Of a stretch of 64,000 nucleotides of DNA, positions 62,666-64,000 are shown piece by piece. Location: assembly GCA_052327205.1 (NCBI GenBank), contig CM126203.1, positions 54,932,001 through 54,996,000 on the forward strand. The letters run 5' to 3'. This DNA comes from Somniosus microcephalus. Taxonomy: Eukaryota. Positions within the stretch are counted from its first letter, which is position 1. The number at the start of each line of letters is the position of its first letter. The translations under genes were made by a program, and so were the position numbers. Below the pieces are notes generated by a model that made no database searches, was not told where the DNA came from, and saw nothing but the letters and a program-made list of their open reading frames with translations.

Positions 62666-62671
62666 TCACAA

Positions 62672-62995
62672 TCAAAACCCTTCAAGATTTTGAACACCTC
62701 TGTCAAATCTCCCCTTAATATTCATTAAAAAGAACAACGCCTGTTTCTCTAGTCTCTCCACATAACTGAAGTCTTTCATTCTAGTAAACCTCCTCTGCAT
62801 CCTCTTGAAGGCCTTGACATCCTTCCTAAAGTGTGGTGCCCAGAATTGGACACAATACTCCAACTGGGGCCTAACCAGTGTTTTATAAAGGTTTAGCATA
62901 ACTGCCTTGCTTTTGTAGTCTATGCATCAATTTATAAAGCCAAGGACAATGTATGCCTTTTTAACAGCCTTCTCAACTGGTCCTGCCACCTTCAT
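62672..62995 (-). mobile_element. CR1 ORF2 fragment
   Basis: LYKTLVRPQLEYCVQFWAPH. Confidence 0.85.
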
Positions 62996-63375
62996 AAACC
63001 GGTAATAGTGAGTCGGCAAGCCGTTTTACATCTTTCCCGATTTTGATCTCAATTGAAGTCACTTTATACTATTGCACAAAGTCAAAATTTACTCCAGTGA
63101 GTTAATCCCTAATTGCCCTCGAGAAGGTGGTGGTGAGCCGCCTTCTTGAACCGCTGCATTCTTTGTATTGAAGGTACTCCCACAATGCTGTTAGTGAGGG
63201 AGTTCCAGGATTTTGACCCAACGACGATGAAGGATCTGCAATATATTTCCAAGTCAGGATGGTGTGTAACTTGGAGGGAAACTTGGAGGTGGTGGTGTTT
63301 CCATGAGCCTTGTCCTTCTAGGTGGTAGAGGTCGCAGGTTTGGGAGGTGCTGCCGAAGAAGCCATAATGAGTTGC

Positions 63376-63600
63376 CAAATGTAAGAAGTCACACAACACC
63401 AGGTTATAGTCCAACAGCTTTATTTGAAATCACAAGCTTTCGGAGCGCTGCTCCTTCTTAGGAAGGATGTCAAGACCTTCACCTGAAGAAGGAGCAGCGC
63501 TCCGAAAGCTTGTGATTTCAAATAAAGCTGTTGGACTATAACCTGGTGTTGTGTGACTTCTTACATTTGTCCACCCCAGTCCAACTCCGGCATCTCCACA
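63376..63600 (+). mobile_element. Penelope-like element terminal repeat in inverted arrangement
   Basis: Perfect 84-bp inverted arms 63376-63459 / 63486-63569; 14-bp TSD CCATAATGAGTTGC (63362-63375, 63601-63614). Confidence 0.85.
63480..63514 (+). ncRNA. Minimal type I hammerhead ribozyme motif
   Basis: CAC-CTGAAGA-A-GGAG(CAGCG)CTCC-GAAA-GCTT-GTG: CUGANGA and GAAA cores, stem II, palindromic mini stem III AAGCTT. Confidence 0.75.
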
Positions 63601-64000
63601 CCATAATGAGTTGCTGCAGTGCATCTTGTAGGTGGTGCAGGGGGTGAATGTTTAAGGTGGTGGATGGGGTGCCAATCAAGCGGGCTGCTTTGTCCTCGAT
63701 GGTGTCAAGCTTCTCGAGTGTTGTTGGAGCTGCACTCATCCAGGCAAGTGGAGAGTGTTCCATCACACTCCTGCCTTGTGCCATGTAGATGCTGGAAAGA
63801 CTTTGGGGAGTCAGAAGGTGAGACATTCGCCGCAAAATACCCAGCCTCTGACCTGCTCTTGTAGCCACAGTATTTATGTGGCTGGTCCAGTTAAGTTTCT
63901 GGTCAATGGTGACTGACCCCAGGATGTTGTTGGTGGGGGATTCGGCAATGGTAATGCTGTTGAATGTCAAGGGGCGGTGGTTGGACTGTCGCTTGTTGGA

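Larger units (their letters stand above)
63105..64000 (-). mobile_element. tRNA-headed LINE family copy (3' part), interrupted by a Penelope-type insertion
   Basis: VTIDQKLNWTSHINTVATRAGQRLGILRR, RSVMEHSPLAWMSAAPTTL, HHHLLEGN. Confidence 0.9.

Noticed and set aside
1-64000. CRISPR arrays, rRNA genes, prokaryotic operons
   Set aside because: None seen; the repeats are vertebrate-type retro- and DNA transposons.

Overview
Eukaryotic, transposon-dense window, most likely from a cartilaginous fish (HE1-like V-SINEs, Deu-domain SINEs, shark-type CR1s). No recognisable host gene; there is one weak candidate exon at 43333-43516 (-). Contents: many CR1 LINE copies (two with long uninterrupted RT ORFs); three full-length Mag-like Ty3/Gypsy LTR elements with both LTRs, PBS, PPT and 5-bp TSDs (one nested in another); an RTE fragment flanked by a ~143-bp direct repeat; old L2 fragments; one near-complete and several deleted PIF/Harbinger transposons and MITEs; a TA-flanked MITE; and a Penelope-type palindrome carrying a hammerhead ribozyme motif. 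The most striking object is a ~3.1-kb LINE at 2413-5525. It starts with a tRNA-type A/B-box head, runs directly into an endonuclease-RT ORF with no ORF1, and has no TTTT on its sense strand until the 3' end. A SINE at ~59.0-59.4 kb shares both its head and its tail. Together these suggest a Pol III-transcribed, protein-coding LINE and its deletion-derived SINE. All calls were made by eye; no database searches were run.
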